Source of the DNA: a phage
Direction: 5' to 3' (one strand)
Sequence record: PX092659.1
DNA length: 64,000 nt
Shown: in pieces, positions 18,037 to 26,774 of the stretch
Position numbering within the stretch: position 1 is the first letter of the stretch
How the letters are laid out: each line of letters opens with the position of its first letter
Notes under the pieces: generated by a model
The model's database searches: none
What the model was told of the DNA's origin: nothing
Seen by the model: only the letters and a program-made list of their open reading frames with translations
Translations under genes and position numbers: made by a program

Positions 18037-18486
18037 ATGAAGGCAGCTTTGCTTTTAGTAGCTGCCCTTACCTTCAGCTTTAGTAGTCAGGCATCGCACG
18101 ATGCAAAAGAAATAGATTGCATTGCTAAAAATATCTATTTCGAAAGTCGTGGTGAGGGCATAAAGGGAATGACGGCGATTGCACATGTTACTAAAAACCG
18201 TGTAAACTCCGGTAAATTCCCAGATTCCTACTGTAAAGTAGTATATCAGTCTAACCAGTTCTCTTGGGTATCTAAGAAACCAAAAGTTGATAAAACTGAT
18301 GAGGCTTGGCAAACCGCTAAGAATTTAGCTAGAGTGATATACTACGTTGATTTACCACAAGATCCTACATATGGAGCACTATACTTCCATAGTGGTAAAG
18401 ATAAACCTTACTGGACAAAGAAGTTTAAGAAAACAACTAAGATTAAGGGACATACGTTTTATAAACCTGTTGTCACTAAAACTTAA
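18037..18486 (+). CDS. secreted SleB-like cell-wall hydrolase
   Basis: Signal peptide MKAALLLVAALTFSFSSQA; motifs NIYFESRGE, AIAHVTKNRV, YCKVVYQSNQFSW typical of the SleB/Hydrolase_2 family. Confidence 0.6.
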   Translation: MKAALLLVAALTFSFSSQASHDAKEIDCIAKNIYFESRGEGIKGMTAIAHVTKNRVNSGKFPDSYCKVVYQSNQFSWVSKKPKVDKTDEAWQTAKNLARVIYYVDLPQDPTYGALYFHSGKDKPYWTKKFKKTTKIKGHTFYKPVVTKT

Positions 18487-18496
18487 AAAAATTTAC

Positions 18497-18525
18497 TTGC
18501 TTAGCTACTTAAATTTCTGTATAAT
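18497..18525 (+). promoter_or_regulatory. T5-type promoter
   Basis: TTGCTT-17-TATAAT. Confidence 0.65.
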
Positions 18526-18556
18526 ACTTTCATAAATTAATGAGAGGAAGCGAAAT

Positions 18557-18727
18557 ATGAAATCAGTTGTAATTATTGGTGTTAACACTCGCGGTATTCG
18601 TACTACGAAAACTGTTAAAACTTCTAACATTGCTGAAATCACTACGAACCCTAAAAAGTTTGATTTCGCCAAAGTCTCAGCAGTTATGACAGAACAATCT
18701 TTTAACCAAGCATTGGGGATGAAATAA
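18557..18727 (+). CDS. small hypothetical protein (56 aa)
   Basis: ATG after GAGGAAG RBS; stop overlaps next start; below the ORF-track length cutoff. Confidence 0.35.
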   Translation: MKSVVIIGVNTRGIRTTKTVKTSNIAEITTNPKKFDFAKVSAVMTEQSFNQALGMK

Positions 18728-19185
18728 TGGGTGAAAATATTCTAATGACCCTTCGTGGACTGCTTAGTCTAGCACGTACTCACGGTGATAAGGAACGGGC
18801 ACTTAATCTTCAGACCATGATTGGTGATCTGCAACGTATTGATAAAGACATTGTTACTCGAACCGAGTTCGTAGCCTATCTGAAAGCTCAGATTAAGGCT
18901 CTAGAAAATGCAAAACAACGCGCTATTAAAGTTGGTACGGAAGTTCCTACCGATGTAGACTATGAGCAACTGCTTTATTCCATGCTGCAAGAGTATCAGC
19001 CAAGTCAACTTACTGAAACTGAAATTCGTGAGTATTTTGCAGAACTGGTTAAATTAAACCCAGGTATTACCAAAGCTCTATTAATGAAAACCATTAAGGC
19101 AGAATTTCCTGGACGTTATGACGGTAAAACAACTGCTTTGATTGCTAGTGAATTTTTTAAAAATTCATTTGCTAAATGCTTATAA
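18727..19185 (+). CDS. hypothetical protein (152 aa)
   Basis: ORF in plus-strand array. Confidence 0.5.
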   Translation: MGENILMTLRGLLSLARTHGDKERALNLQTMIGDLQRIDKDIVTRTEFVAYLKAQIKALENAKQRAIKVGTEVPTDVDYEQLLYSMLQEYQPSQLTETEIREYFAELVKLNPGITKALLMKTIKAEFPGRYDGKTTALIASEFFKNSFAKCL

Positions 19186-19197
19186 ATTCTGTATAAT
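19169..19197 (+). promoter_or_regulatory. T5-type promoter at the start of the tRNA island
   Basis: aaaaattcaTTTGCTA-17-TATAAT; overlaps the 3' end of the upstream CDS. Confidence 0.7.
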
Positions 19198-19435
19198 ATA
19201 TTCATAAATTAGGGAACAGCGAGCCGATTACGCTGAACTTGTCTTAATGTAAGATGCGTCGAGCACTAAGATTCGTTGAATAGAGTCGGTGGGTTAGTTG
19301 TAAAACTAGTACACAGGGGGCGGCAATCCCGGTTAGTGGCTAGAACGTGTAAAATGAGGCGTCTGAAACCTCTCCCCTAAACTCTTCTCTAATTTATAAA
19401 TAGTGGGGTGTGGAAATCACTTATGTAGTAGCACT

Positions 19436-19510
19436 GCCGTCCTAGTATAATTGGTATTATCAAGCCGTAACTGGTGGAAGATGTAGGTTCGAATCTTACG
19501 GTCGGTAAGA
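19436..19510 (+). ncRNA. degenerate tRNA-like element
   Basis: Canonical T-arm gtagg-ttcgaat-cttac and 6/7 acceptor pairing, but no acceptable anticodon stem and no CCA. Confidence 0.25.
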
Positions 19511-20009
19511 ACTGGATAACTGATGCTTTTAACGTAAAAGCTTCCGAGGTTAGTTGCGCACTGCCTAAACCACGCGGTAGTTGGTTCCAGGCTAACCAAC
19601 CAGTCTGCTGAATAGTTTTATTACGATTTAACTATGTCCAGACTAAAGAAGAACTTTAGAAGGTATTCTAGGATAGTGAAGTTCTTTCTCCATATCGGAG
19701 TAGTTTTTCAAGCTATCCACAAAGTGGGAAATGCTGACATGAGAGATGTCACTAATGGTGCACAATAGCACAGGTAATTCGCGATAACTCCTGTTGAGTA
19801 GCAGCAAAAGGCGGGAAGTCATGACCCCAAGCCTAACCGAGTCCTCAATATACCGCAGGACATAACCACTAAGTCACCCTGACTTAAACTGGAAAATAAT
19901 AGACGTTACTGTATTTTGTCTTGAAATACTTAATGAGTGAGACTTATGACTCTCCCGGTATCGTCTGTATTTTTAAGAGTTTTTACGAGAGTTCTTAAAA
20001 ATACTTAAA

Positions 20010-20084
20010 CGGGGTGTAGTCTAAGGGAGAGGCAGGAGTCTTCTAAATTCCTTTATGCAGGTTCGAATCCTGTCACCTCGGCCA
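20010..20084 (+). tRNA. tRNA-Arg (anticodon TCT)
   Basis: Manual cloverleaf: acceptor cggggtg/cacctcg, anticodon loop cttctaa, T-arm gcagg-ttcgaat-cctgt, encoded CCA. Confidence 0.75.
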
Positions 20085-20118
20085 ATTTTATTAACTGTAA
20101 CTAAAACAAAGGAAATAT

Positions 20119-21066
20119 ATGTTTAATACTAAAAATATGAAAGAACTGACTTCTGAGCAGAAAGTAATTCGTACTATTAAACGTTGGGGTATTGGTGCTG
20201 TAGTTGGTTTAGCAGGCTTGATTCTAGCCTTTAATTCATATACTATTGTTTCTGATGGTACGGTTAAAACTCAAACATTTCTGGGTAAAGTAGATCCTAA
20301 CCCAGTATTACCAGGTTTCCATCTTGTAAACCCCTTTGCATCTTTCGACACTTTTAGTACAAAAGATATTGCTGTAAAATTAGATAAACTTCAAGTTCCT
20401 AGTCAGGATAAATTTAAATCCACTGTTGACCTGACTGTTATGTTGCAGTTTGATGGTTCTAAGGCACCGATTAACCGTATTAATGCGGGTACTCAGGATC
20501 AAGCGTTAGACAAATATGTAACTGAAAAATTACTGTCTACTATTCGTGAGTTTGGTAAGTCTGTACCTAAAGCACAAGATTTGTTTGATGCTAAAATTCA
20601 GGCTCAATTGCAAACTGCAATTCAACAGGAAGTTGAAGAGTATGCACGCCCATATGGTTATACAGTTAAGCAGGTATTCCTTCAGGATATTACTTTGCCA
20701 CCGGTAATCATGGAACAGGTACAGAATACCAAAGTTCGTGAAGAACAGGTTAATGCTGCTAAAGCTGAATTAGCTCGTGTTGAACAGGAAGCACAGCAAA
20801 AAGTTAAACAAGCAGAAGCAGATCGCGAAGCTCGTAATAACCAAGCTATTGCCAATGAGCGTGACGCAGATGCCAAACTGTACGCAGCTAAGAAAGAAGC
20901 TGAAGCTAACGCCGCGTTGCAACGTACCATTACTCCTGAGATGATTCGCTGGAAGCAACTGGAAGTTGAAATGATTCGTGCTCAGAAATACCAAGGTGGT
21001 GTACCGCAGACTGTGGTTGGCACTGGCTATGATGGCCAAATGATTATGGATATGCGTAATAAATAA
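20119..21066 (+). CDS. SPFH/band-7 (stomatin/HflC-like) membrane protein
   Basis: N-terminal TM helix, SPFH-like core, C-terminal coiled coil rich in A/E/K/Q (AKAELARVEQEAQQKVKQAEADREA). Confidence 0.65.
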   Translation: MFNTKNMKELTSEQKVIRTIKRWGIGAVVGLAGLILAFNSYTIVSDGTVKTQTFLGKVDPNPVLPGFHLVNPFASFDTFSTKDIAVKLDKLQVPSQDKFKSTVDLTVMLQFDGSKAPINRINAGTQDQALDKYVTEKLLSTIREFGKSVPKAQDLFDAKIQAQLQTAIQQEVEEYARPYGYTVKQVFLQDITLPPVIMEQVQNTKVREEQVNAAKAELARVEQEAQQKVKQAEADREARNNQAIANERDADAKLYAAKKEAEANAALQRTITPEMIRWKQLEVEMIRAQKYQGGVPQTVVGTGYDGQMIMDMRNK

Positions 21067-21090
21067 TACCCGCATGTAACATCTGAAATA

Positions 21091-21126
21091 AGCCCTGCGT
21101 TTCCTGGAGAGCGCAGGGCTTTTCTG
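21091..21126 (+). terminator. intrinsic terminator after SPFH gene
   Basis: 9-bp stem agccctgcg/cgcagggct followed by TTTTCTG. Confidence 0.7.
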
Positions 21127-21141
21127 TATTTAAGATAAAAG

Positions 21142-21180
21142 AAAAGCCCCTAAGTCTTTCGACTAGGGGCTTTATTGTTT
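21142..21180. terminator. bidirectional terminator-like hairpin
   Basis: GC-rich stem gcccctaagtc/gactaggggc flanked by A-run upstream and T-run downstream, between convergent genes. Confidence 0.55.
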
Positions 21181-21390
21181 GGTTCTTTAGAACCATATAC
21201 TCTTGTTACAGCAACCACCCATACGGGAGGCCAATCTTGACTGAAAATCTACTCTAGGGGGCAGGATAAGAGTAGGCTTAAAGGCAAACGGATTGAACGC
21301 CGGTATTTGTGTAAACATTGCTGGAGAGCAACAACGTGCTACAGGCATTGGGCAGCACGAAATAGATTTTCTGCAACACATAATTTCTCC

Positions 21391-21807
21391 TTAGGAGTTA
21401 TTACCACCATTTTGAGCTTTTGCAACTTGGCTTTGGCAGAAGCTATTAAACTTACCCATAAGTGATACAAGCTGTTTCCCATCCTCTGTCTTTGCGAAGT
21501 CTTCGAAAAGGGCTAGTACTGCCTGTCCTTCCGCAGAAACCTGCGGTTGTTGGGTTTGTTGCTGAACTTGCTGCTGAGGCACCTGTTGCTGCATTTGTTG
21601 AGGCATTTGCGACTGCCCGCTCATTTGCTGCATCATTTGCATAGGACTCACACTTCCAGGGTTTTGCTGGAGTTGTTGCTGCATCTGTTGCGCTTCTGCT
21701 AAACGCTGTTGCAATTGTTGTAAGTAGGGGTTATCCAGACCCGGAATGGGCTGCTGGGAGCCCATACTTTGATTAAGTCCGTTATTTACAAAACCATATT
21801 TACTCAT
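21391..21807 (-). CDS. Q-rich low-complexity protein (138 aa)
   Basis: Long Gln/Met-rich stretches; convergent with SPFH gene. Confidence 0.5.
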   Translation of the reverse strand: MSKYGFVNNGLNQSMGSQQPIPGLDNPYLQQLQQRLAEAQQMQQQLQQNPGSVSPMQMMQQMSGQSQMPQQMQQQVPQQQVQQQTQQPQVSAEGQAVLALFEDFAKTEDGKQLVSLMGKFNSFCQSQVAKAQNGGNNS

Positions 21808-21828
21808 AATGGGCTCCTCCCCTTAATA

Positions 21829-22821
21829 TTAAGCCGGCAGTTTAGCCTGCAGACCAGCCAGAGTCTGAGTGATAGCACCAAGACTTACAGCGATTTGATT
21901 AATTACCTGACCGTTAGCACCGTTACCCGCAGCGATTGCTTCACGTAGGCGACATGCATCTAACTCATCCTGAATACGAGCAGTAGTTACACCAGCGATA
22001 GCAGTCTGAAGTTCACAGCAACATTCAGCGATCTGACGTTCCAGAGAGTTCTGGTTAGCACACATCTGAGCCTGAACAGCGGCAAACTGGTTATTAGTTT
22101 GTAAAGTCTGCTGGAAAGCGATCTGTGCAGAATCAAACTTATCTTGTGCACGAGCTATCTGATTAGCTGCGAAAGATTGATCAATCTGGCGAGAAAGATC
22201 GAACTGACCCTGAATAACGTTGCGAGTTTCCTGACAGATCTGATTAGACAGATTAGCACCTGTACCATAGATCGTAGTTAGTACAGACTGAGTATCACGG
22301 CTCTGGTTTTGGGATGTCTGGCTAAACCCATTGTTAACTGCGCTTAAAACAGCTCCAGTACCCTGGTTAGCTTCTGTACGAGTAGTGTTAATAGCTGCTA
22401 GAATACTAGCGGTATCTTGGTTCTGAAGTACTGCATCAACTGCGGTACCATCACCAACTACACCACGTCCACCGAATCCACCGAAACCACCGAATCCGCC
22501 TGTTAATAGAGCACCGATTAGGATAGCTCCGAATAGTCCCATACCTTCACCACCGAAAGCACCTGCGTTTGCTGGGTAACCACCCAGTAGGCCAGGGAAG
22601 CCACTAGTAAATACGTTTACTGGTTCTTGCATTTTATGTTTTCCATATTTATGACAATGTTCATCGTCATCTTCTTCATCATCGTGTTCACGATGTTTTT
22701 CTTCGTAGGCTCTGACCTTCTCCCACTTTTTCTTATCTGATTCCTCGTGACGGTGCAGTTCTGCTGCAACGCTAGCGACGGTCTCAGGACTCTTAGCTAC
22801 TTCTTCTGTCATTTTTGACAC
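21829..22821 (-). CDS. membrane protein with His/acidic N-terminus and glycine-zipper TM segment (330 aa)
   Basis: GAILIGALLTGGFGGFGGFGG segment then Q/N/A/T-rich domain with CCC motif; RBS AGGAGG upstream on minus strand. Confidence 0.55.
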   Translation of the reverse strand: MSKMTEEVAKSPETVASVAAELHRHEESDKKKWEKVRAYEEKHREHDDEEDDDEHCHKYGKHKMQEPVNVFTSGFPGLLGGYPANAGAFGGEGMGLFGAILIGALLTGGFGGFGGFGGRGVVGDGTAVDAVLQNQDTASILAAINTTRTEANQGTGAVLSAVNNGFSQTSQNQSRDTQSVLTTIYGTGANLSNQICQETRNVIQGQFDLSRQIDQSFAANQIARAQDKFDSAQIAFQQTLQTNNQFAAVQAQMCANQNSLERQIAECCCELQTAIAGVTTARIQDELDACRLREAIAAGNGANGQVINQIAVSLGAITQTLAGLQAKLPA

Positions 22822-23018
22822 CTCCTAGTATATAGAAAATGTGTGTCTCTTTGATCACTCATCCATAACATATACTTTACACTACCCCAGCGAAAATGTC
22901 AAGGGGTCTTTAAAAATTGCCCCTGAATTTTTAGTGGGGTCACAAATTTTGGTCCTCACCATTTATCTGCTATCCTTAAGTGCCCTATGATTTTCCTCTA
23001 AAAAGTTAAAAAATTTGA

Positions 23019-23047
23019 TTGCTTGAATGCTAAATTCTCTGTATAAT
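23019..23047 (+). promoter_or_regulatory. T5-type promoter
   Basis: TTGCTT-17-TATAAT. Confidence 0.65.
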
Positions 23048-23077
23048 ATATCTATAAATTTGAAAGAGGAACCAAAT

Positions 23078-23596
23078 ATGAATGTTGATGAGCTAACACA
23101 GCACCTCTTATCTAGAGGATTTGATACAGATAAATATCATTGCTGGTTAAGTCCGGAAGGATGGCTAACAGTCCCGTTGTATGACTTCTCTGGGATGTTG
23201 AGGGGCTATCAAACTTATAATCCTTCTGCTCCAAAAGGTCATGGTAAGTGCCCCTTTGAAGCTAAATACTTTACTTATTCTACTACCCAGTGTGTATGGG
23301 GACTAGAAACTCTCAATGGAGATGAAAAAGTAGTATTGATTGCTGAATCTGTATTTAAGGCAGTTGCGTTACATAATGCTGGTTATCCAGCCCTAGCAAT
23401 GTTGGGTTCTTCTCCAGGAAAAGCGTTATTAAAGCAACTGAAATTACTACCTTTTAAATTGGTAGCTGTCGGAGATAATGATCCTGCGGGTGAAAAATTT
23501 GCTAGAAAATTAAACGGCTTTGTTTCTCCCGTAGATGTGGATGAGATGTCTACCGAAAACTTGAAAAATTTTCTTGCTATGAAGCTAAATTTCTAA
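23078..23596 (+). CDS. small Toprim-domain-like protein
   Basis: Start MNVDELTQ after GAGG RBS; VVLIAESVFKA...LVAVGDNDPAGEKF resembles Toprim E...DxD. Confidence 0.5.
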   Translation: MNVDELTQHLLSRGFDTDKYHCWLSPEGWLTVPLYDFSGMLRGYQTYNPSAPKGHGKCPFEAKYFTYSTTQCVWGLETLNGDEKVVLIAESVFKAVALHNAGYPALAMLGSSPGKALLKQLKLLPFKLVAVGDNDPAGEKFARKLNGFVSPVDVDEMSTENLKNFLAMKLNF

Positions 23597-23602
23597 TATA
23601 AT
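23574..23602 (+). promoter_or_regulatory. T5-type promoter embedded in the 3' end of the upstream CDS
   Basis: TTGCTA-17-TATAAT directly upstream of tRNA-Ser/tRNA-Met. Confidence 0.6.
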
Positions 23603-23617
23603 ATATCTTATAAATTC

Positions 23618-23706
23618 GGAAGAATAGCATAACGGTATTGCAGCAGATTGCTAATCTGTCGGCTTGAAATATAGCCTTGTGGGTTCGATTCCCACTTCTT
23701 CCGCCA
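23618..23706 (+). tRNA. tRNA-Ser (anticodon GCT), class II
   Basis: Acceptor ggaagaa/ttcttcc, anticodon loop ttgctaa, long variable arm, T-arm gtggg-ttcgatt-cccac, CCA. Confidence 0.75.
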
Positions 23707-23712
23707 AACATA

Positions 23713-23787
23713 GGGTCGGTAGCTTAAAGTTAAAGCGGTGGCCTCATAAGCTAACGAGTAGGAGTTAGATTCTCCTCCGACCCACCA
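23713..23787 (+). tRNA. tRNA with CAT anticodon (Met, fMet or Ile-lysidine)
   Basis: Acceptor gggtcgg/ccgaccc, anticodon loop ctcataa, T-loop ttagatt, CCA. Confidence 0.65.
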
Positions 23788-23801
23788 ATTAGGTACTGCG
23801 T

Positions 23802-24203
23802 ATGGAAAAGGTTGAATTTGAGTACTTTGGAGTTATTTTAATTGTACACTTAAATGGTACAATAGAAACTAAAGATAGAATAATAACACAACGAAATCAA
23901 TATGGCGAGTATACTAGAACTATAAAAGGAAAGGTACTGTCTCCACGTTGCAATGGTAAATCTGGGTATTTTCAGGTGAAGATTTGCAATAAGGGATTAG
24001 GTAAAAATGAGTATGTGCACAGACTCGTATGGATGGCTTTCAACGGTGAAATACCGGAAGGCTATGAAATAGAGCACAAAGATGATGATAAGTCTAATAA
24101 TGCTTTACCTAACCTAGAATTATTCACAAGAAAGCAGAATATGGACAAAGTCTTAAATAAGATGACTAGAGATTCTCTAGGTCGTTTTGAAAAACTTAAC
24201 TAG
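23802..24203 (+). CDS. HNH homing endonuclease
   Basis: VHRLVWMAFNGEIPEGYEIEHKDDDKSNN...NLELFTRKQN (HNH_3-type). Confidence 0.7.
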   Translation: MEKVEFEYFGVILIVHLNGTIETKDRIITQRNQYGEYTRTIKGKVLSPRCNGKSGYFQVKICNKGLGKNEYVHRLVWMAFNGEIPEGYEIEHKDDDKSNNALPNLELFTRKQNMDKVLNKMTRDSLGRFEKLN

Positions 24204-24211
24204 GAGACTAT

Positions 24212-24397
24212 ATGTCTAAGTTTCAAGAACTCAAGCAAGAGCTAGAAGAATGTGCCTGCCCTGAGTGTAGAGGAATTGGTGAAAGTTCTGATGCAGAAGC
24301 AGGAGATACTTTTTGCAATATCTGGGTTTGCCCAACTTGCAATGGTACAGGTATTAATCCTAACTGCGGTATTTCCCTAGATATTGAGCGAGGATAA
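24212..24397 (+). CDS. small zinc-ribbon protein (61 aa)
   Basis: CxxC...CxxC (CPEC...CPTC). Confidence 0.45.
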   Translation: MSKFQELKQELEECACPECRGIGESSDAEAGDTFCNIWVCPTCNGTGINPNCGISLDIERG

Positions 24398-24498
24398 TAC
24401 CTGTGAAACTAAAAGATTATTATATTGGTTGGTTTGTGGGACTAGTAGTAGTATTTTCACTAGGCTATAATATGTATCAACTAATAAACTGATTACAT

Positions 24499-24575
24499 GG
24501 GGGTGTAATCGAATTGGCATAGGTACTGGACTTAAAATTCAGGTTTTGTGGGTTCGAATCCCACCACCCCTACCA
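24499..24575 (+). tRNA. tRNA with TAA anticodon (Leu by anticodon) but class I architecture
   Basis: Acceptor gggggtg/cacccct, anticodon arm ctgga-cttaaaa-ttcag, 5-nt variable loop, T-arm gtggg-ttcgaat-cccac, CCA. Confidence 0.55.
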
Positions 24576-24590
24576 AATTAAGGAAATAAG

Positions 24591-24758
24591 ATGTATAGAC
24601 ATCCACCTCCGCCAACACGTCGTTCCAGAGAAGTTATCCTCATGGAGTTGACTAAAAACTTCAAGGCAACTCTTGAAGATAGAGATTTAGGCACGGATGA
24701 AGACATTGATTTTATTTGTAGACTATTAAAGATGAAACTGGAGAAACAACATGGCTAA
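24591..24758 (+). CDS. small hypothetical protein (55 aa)
   Basis: ATG after AAGGAAA; below ORF-track cutoff. Confidence 0.3.
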   Translation: MYRHPPPPTRRSREVILMELTKNFKATLEDRDLGTDEDIDFICRLLKMKLEKQHG

Positions 24759-24957
24759 TCCTGAAATTACCGCACAACGTTTCATGCTTAAAGGCATGAT
24801 TGCTGAAGCAGGTATGACTCAAGAGGTTGCAGACTTTCATAAGCAATTTCTTGATATTATAACTCTAGCTAAAGAGACTGGAGAAAAAGAACACGGAGCA
24901 GCAATTATGGCTATATCTCTTATTAGTCTAGACTTGGCTGAAGAATCTGGAGTTTAG
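24751..24957 (+). CDS. hypothetical protein (68 aa)
   Basis: ORF in plus-strand array. Confidence 0.45.
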   Translation: MANPEITAQRFMLKGMIAEAGMTQEVADFHKQFLDIITLAKETGEKEHGAAIMAISLISLDLAEESGV

Positions 24958-24977
24958 CTCCTCCAAACAGAATTTTT

Positions 24978-25007
24978 AAAAATGTACTTGCCTTTTGCTT
25001 TAAATTT
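24978..25007 (+). promoter_or_regulatory. T5-type promoter
   Basis: TTGCCT-18-TATAAT. Confidence 0.55.
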
Positions 25008-25047
25008 CTGATATAATAGTTATATAAATTGATGAAGGAGTTAACGA

Positions 25048-25323
25048 ATGCAAAATCGTGTTATAGCAGCTGGTATTGAAAGTGCAATCTGTAAATCCTG
25101 GGAAGGCTGGGAAGGTGAGATTGAATGGCTTTATTTCTATGATGTAGAACTTCTGCCGGAAGTTAAAGCTAAATGTGTTGAAGCTGGCATGGCTCCAGAT
25201 GCAAAAGCTGATATTGATATTTCAATGTCTGAACTTAAAGGTCGTGTAATTACTGTTAGTGATGAGGGCGAAGAAGTCTTCGAACTTCCATTCTCCTTAA
25301 TTGTCACTCCTAAGTTCGACTAA
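25048..25323 (+). CDS. hypothetical acidic protein (91 aa)
   Basis: ORF with GGAG RBS. Confidence 0.5.
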   Translation: MQNRVIAAGIESAICKSWEGWEGEIEWLYFYDVELLPEVKAKCVEAGMAPDAKADIDISMSELKGRVITVSDEGEEVFELPFSLIVTPKFD

Positions 25324-25359
25324 CTAATACAGCACTGAGCAAGTTCTTTAAAATTTGAC

Positions 25360-25389
25360 TTGCTCAGTGCTATAAAACTTGATATAATA
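25360..25389 (+). promoter_or_regulatory. T5-type promoter overlapping a terminator-like inverted repeat
   Basis: TTGCTC-18-TATAAT; 13-bp inverted repeat agcactgagcaag/cttgctcagtgct (25331-25370) spans the -35. Confidence 0.55.
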
Positions 25390-25520
25390 GTTATCTAATT
25401 TGGAAAGTTCTTTTTAAGGTAGTTCCTACTTTAGTAGAGTAAATTTTTGGCAGATGGCCCCACCATTTTACCGATAACTCCTAGTCAGTGCGGCAACACT
25501 GGCTACCTTAAAGAGAATTT

Positions 25521-25608
25521 GGGCGTTTATTCCGTAAGTGGTAGCGGAGGGGATTGTAAATCCCTGGTCATTGCGACTCGAGTGGTTCGACTCCATTAAC
25601 GCCCACCA
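25521..25608 (+). tRNA. tRNA-Tyr (anticodon GTA), class II
   Basis: Acceptor gggcgtt/aacgccc, anticodon arm gggga-ttgtaaa-tccct, long variable arm, CCA. Confidence 0.75.
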
Positions 25609-25615
25609 AATTTAA

Positions 25616-25692
25616 GTCCTGTTAGACAAACGGGTAAAGTCACTACCCTTTCAAGGTAGGATTTGCGGGTTCGATCCCCGCACAGGACGCCA
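25616..25692 (+). tRNA. tRNA-Glu (anticodon TTC)
   Basis: Acceptor gtcctgt/acaggac, anticodon arm ctacc-ctttcaa-ggtag, T-arm gcggg-ttcgatc-cccgc, CCA. Confidence 0.75.
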
Positions 25693-25701
25693 ATTTCTGC
25701 A

Positions 25702-25777
25702 TTCCTAGAGTGTTACTGGACAGCATGTCGGTCTCCAAAACCGTACGGTCTAGGTTCGAGTCCTAGTAGGTTTGCCA
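25702..25777 (+). ncRNA. tRNA-like element (anticodon arm compatible with CCA/Trp; acceptor stem defective)
   Basis: T-arm ctagg-ttcgagt-cctag plus encoded GCCA end, but only 3-5 of 7 acceptor pairs. Confidence 0.3.
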
Positions 25778-25783
25778 AAATTT

Positions 25784-25858
25784 GCACCTTTAGCTGAGAT
25801 GGATTAGCGCTTGCCTGAAGAGCTTGAGAGGTTCGTTCGATACGAACAGGGTGCACCA
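25784..25858 (+). tRNA. tRNA with GAA anticodon (Phe?), weak anticodon stem
   Basis: Acceptor gcacctt/agggtgc, T-arm gttcg-ttcgata-cgaac, CCA; anticodon stem has two U-U mismatches. Confidence 0.45.
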
Positions 25859-25875
25859 AATTGAAGGAGCTGCTG

Positions 25876-26148
25876 ATGCATCCTGAAAACTTCTTTATTT
25901 ACTGCGCGGATAAGTCGCTGAAACGTAGAATTAACAAAGTCTATCATTATCGTGCTAGTCAACAGCCTTATGTATATGCTTTTGACGGTGATCACATTCC
26001 ACTAGAACAATTATCTTGTGATTACATGATATTGAAGAACTTTGACGAGACGAAGATCTCAAGCGTTCATAATCGACAGAATCCCTTAACGTGGAAATAT
26101 AAGAAGAAAAAGAAAGGCATCAAATTCTTAAAAAATGTAGTTGCTTAG
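25876..26148 (+). CDS. hypothetical protein (about 90 aa)
   Basis: Listed ORF 25861..26148 trimmed to first ATG; ends inside next promoter. Confidence 0.4.
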   Translation: MHPENFFIYCADKSLKRRINKVYHYRASQQPYVYAFDGDHIPLEQLSCDYMILKNFDETKISSVHNRQNPLTWKYKKKKKGIKFLKNVVA

Positions 26149-26169
26149 TTTCTAAAAGTTCTGTATAAT
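26141..26169 (+). promoter_or_regulatory. T5-type promoter
   Basis: TTGCTT-17-TATAAT. Confidence 0.65.
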
Positions 26170-26217
26170 AATTACATAAATTGAACTGGAGAAGCAACAT
26201 GACAGAACAAGATAAAC

Positions 26218-26293
26218 CGACCGTTGGCTGAATGGCTTAGGCGAAGGATTGCAAATCCTTTTTATGTGAGTTCAAATCTCATGCGGTCGTCCA
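26218..26293 (+). tRNA. tRNA-Cys (anticodon GCA)
   Basis: Acceptor cgaccgt/gcggtcg, anticodon arm aagga-ttgcaaa-tcctt, T-arm gtgag-ttcaaat-ctcat, CCA. Confidence 0.75.
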
Positions 26294-26300
26294 AATTTTA

Positions 26301-26383
26301 GGGTCGTTAGCCAAGCGGTTTGGCGGCGGATTGTTAATCCGTGTCGAAAGACAACGTAGGTTCGAATCCTACACGGCCCGCCA
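26301..26383 (+). tRNA. tRNA with GTT anticodon (Asn by anticodon) and a 13-nt variable arm
   Basis: Acceptor gggtcgt/acggccc, D-stem gcca/tggc, anticodon arm gcgga-ttgttaa-tccgt, variable arm gtcgaaagacaac, CCA. Confidence 0.6.
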
Positions 26384-26485
26384 AATTCTGTGTAGAGTTA
26401 AGTAAACCGGTAGCCAACCAGCTATCATTGCTGACATCGAATTCAGCCACAGATACCATTTTCATTAATAACTGAGGAAACAAGC

Positions 26486-26671
26486 ATGTCCAAGAATGTA
26501 ATTGCGCAGCTAGAAGTTCATCGTGATAGCACTATTAACAATATTGAAGTTGAAAAGAAATACATCGAAGAACTTAAACACGATATACTAGTAAGTCTCA
26601 ATCGTCTTAATGTACGAAAAGAGTTTCTTAAAGAACTTAATGCAGCTATTGAAAAACTCAAAGCTGAGTAA
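26486..26671 (+). CDS. hypothetical protein (61 aa)
   Basis: ORF with GAGGAAA RBS. Confidence 0.45.
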   Translation: MSKNVIAQLEVHRDSTINNIEVEKKYIEELKHDILVSLNRLNVRKEFLKELNAAIEKLKAE

Positions 26672-26680
26672 ATGAATTAT

Positions 26681-26757
26681 GCGACCGGGGCTGGCTTGGT
26701 AATGGTACTCCCCTGTCACGGGAGAGAATGTGGGTTCGAATCCCATCGGTCGCGCCA
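26681..26757 (+). tRNA. tRNA-Asp (anticodon GTC)
   Basis: Acceptor gcgaccg/cggtcgc, anticodon arm ctccc-ctgtcac-gggag, T-arm gtggg-ttcgaat-cccat, CCA. Confidence 0.8.
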
Positions 26758-26774
26758 AATAAGGTAGGTTAGCT

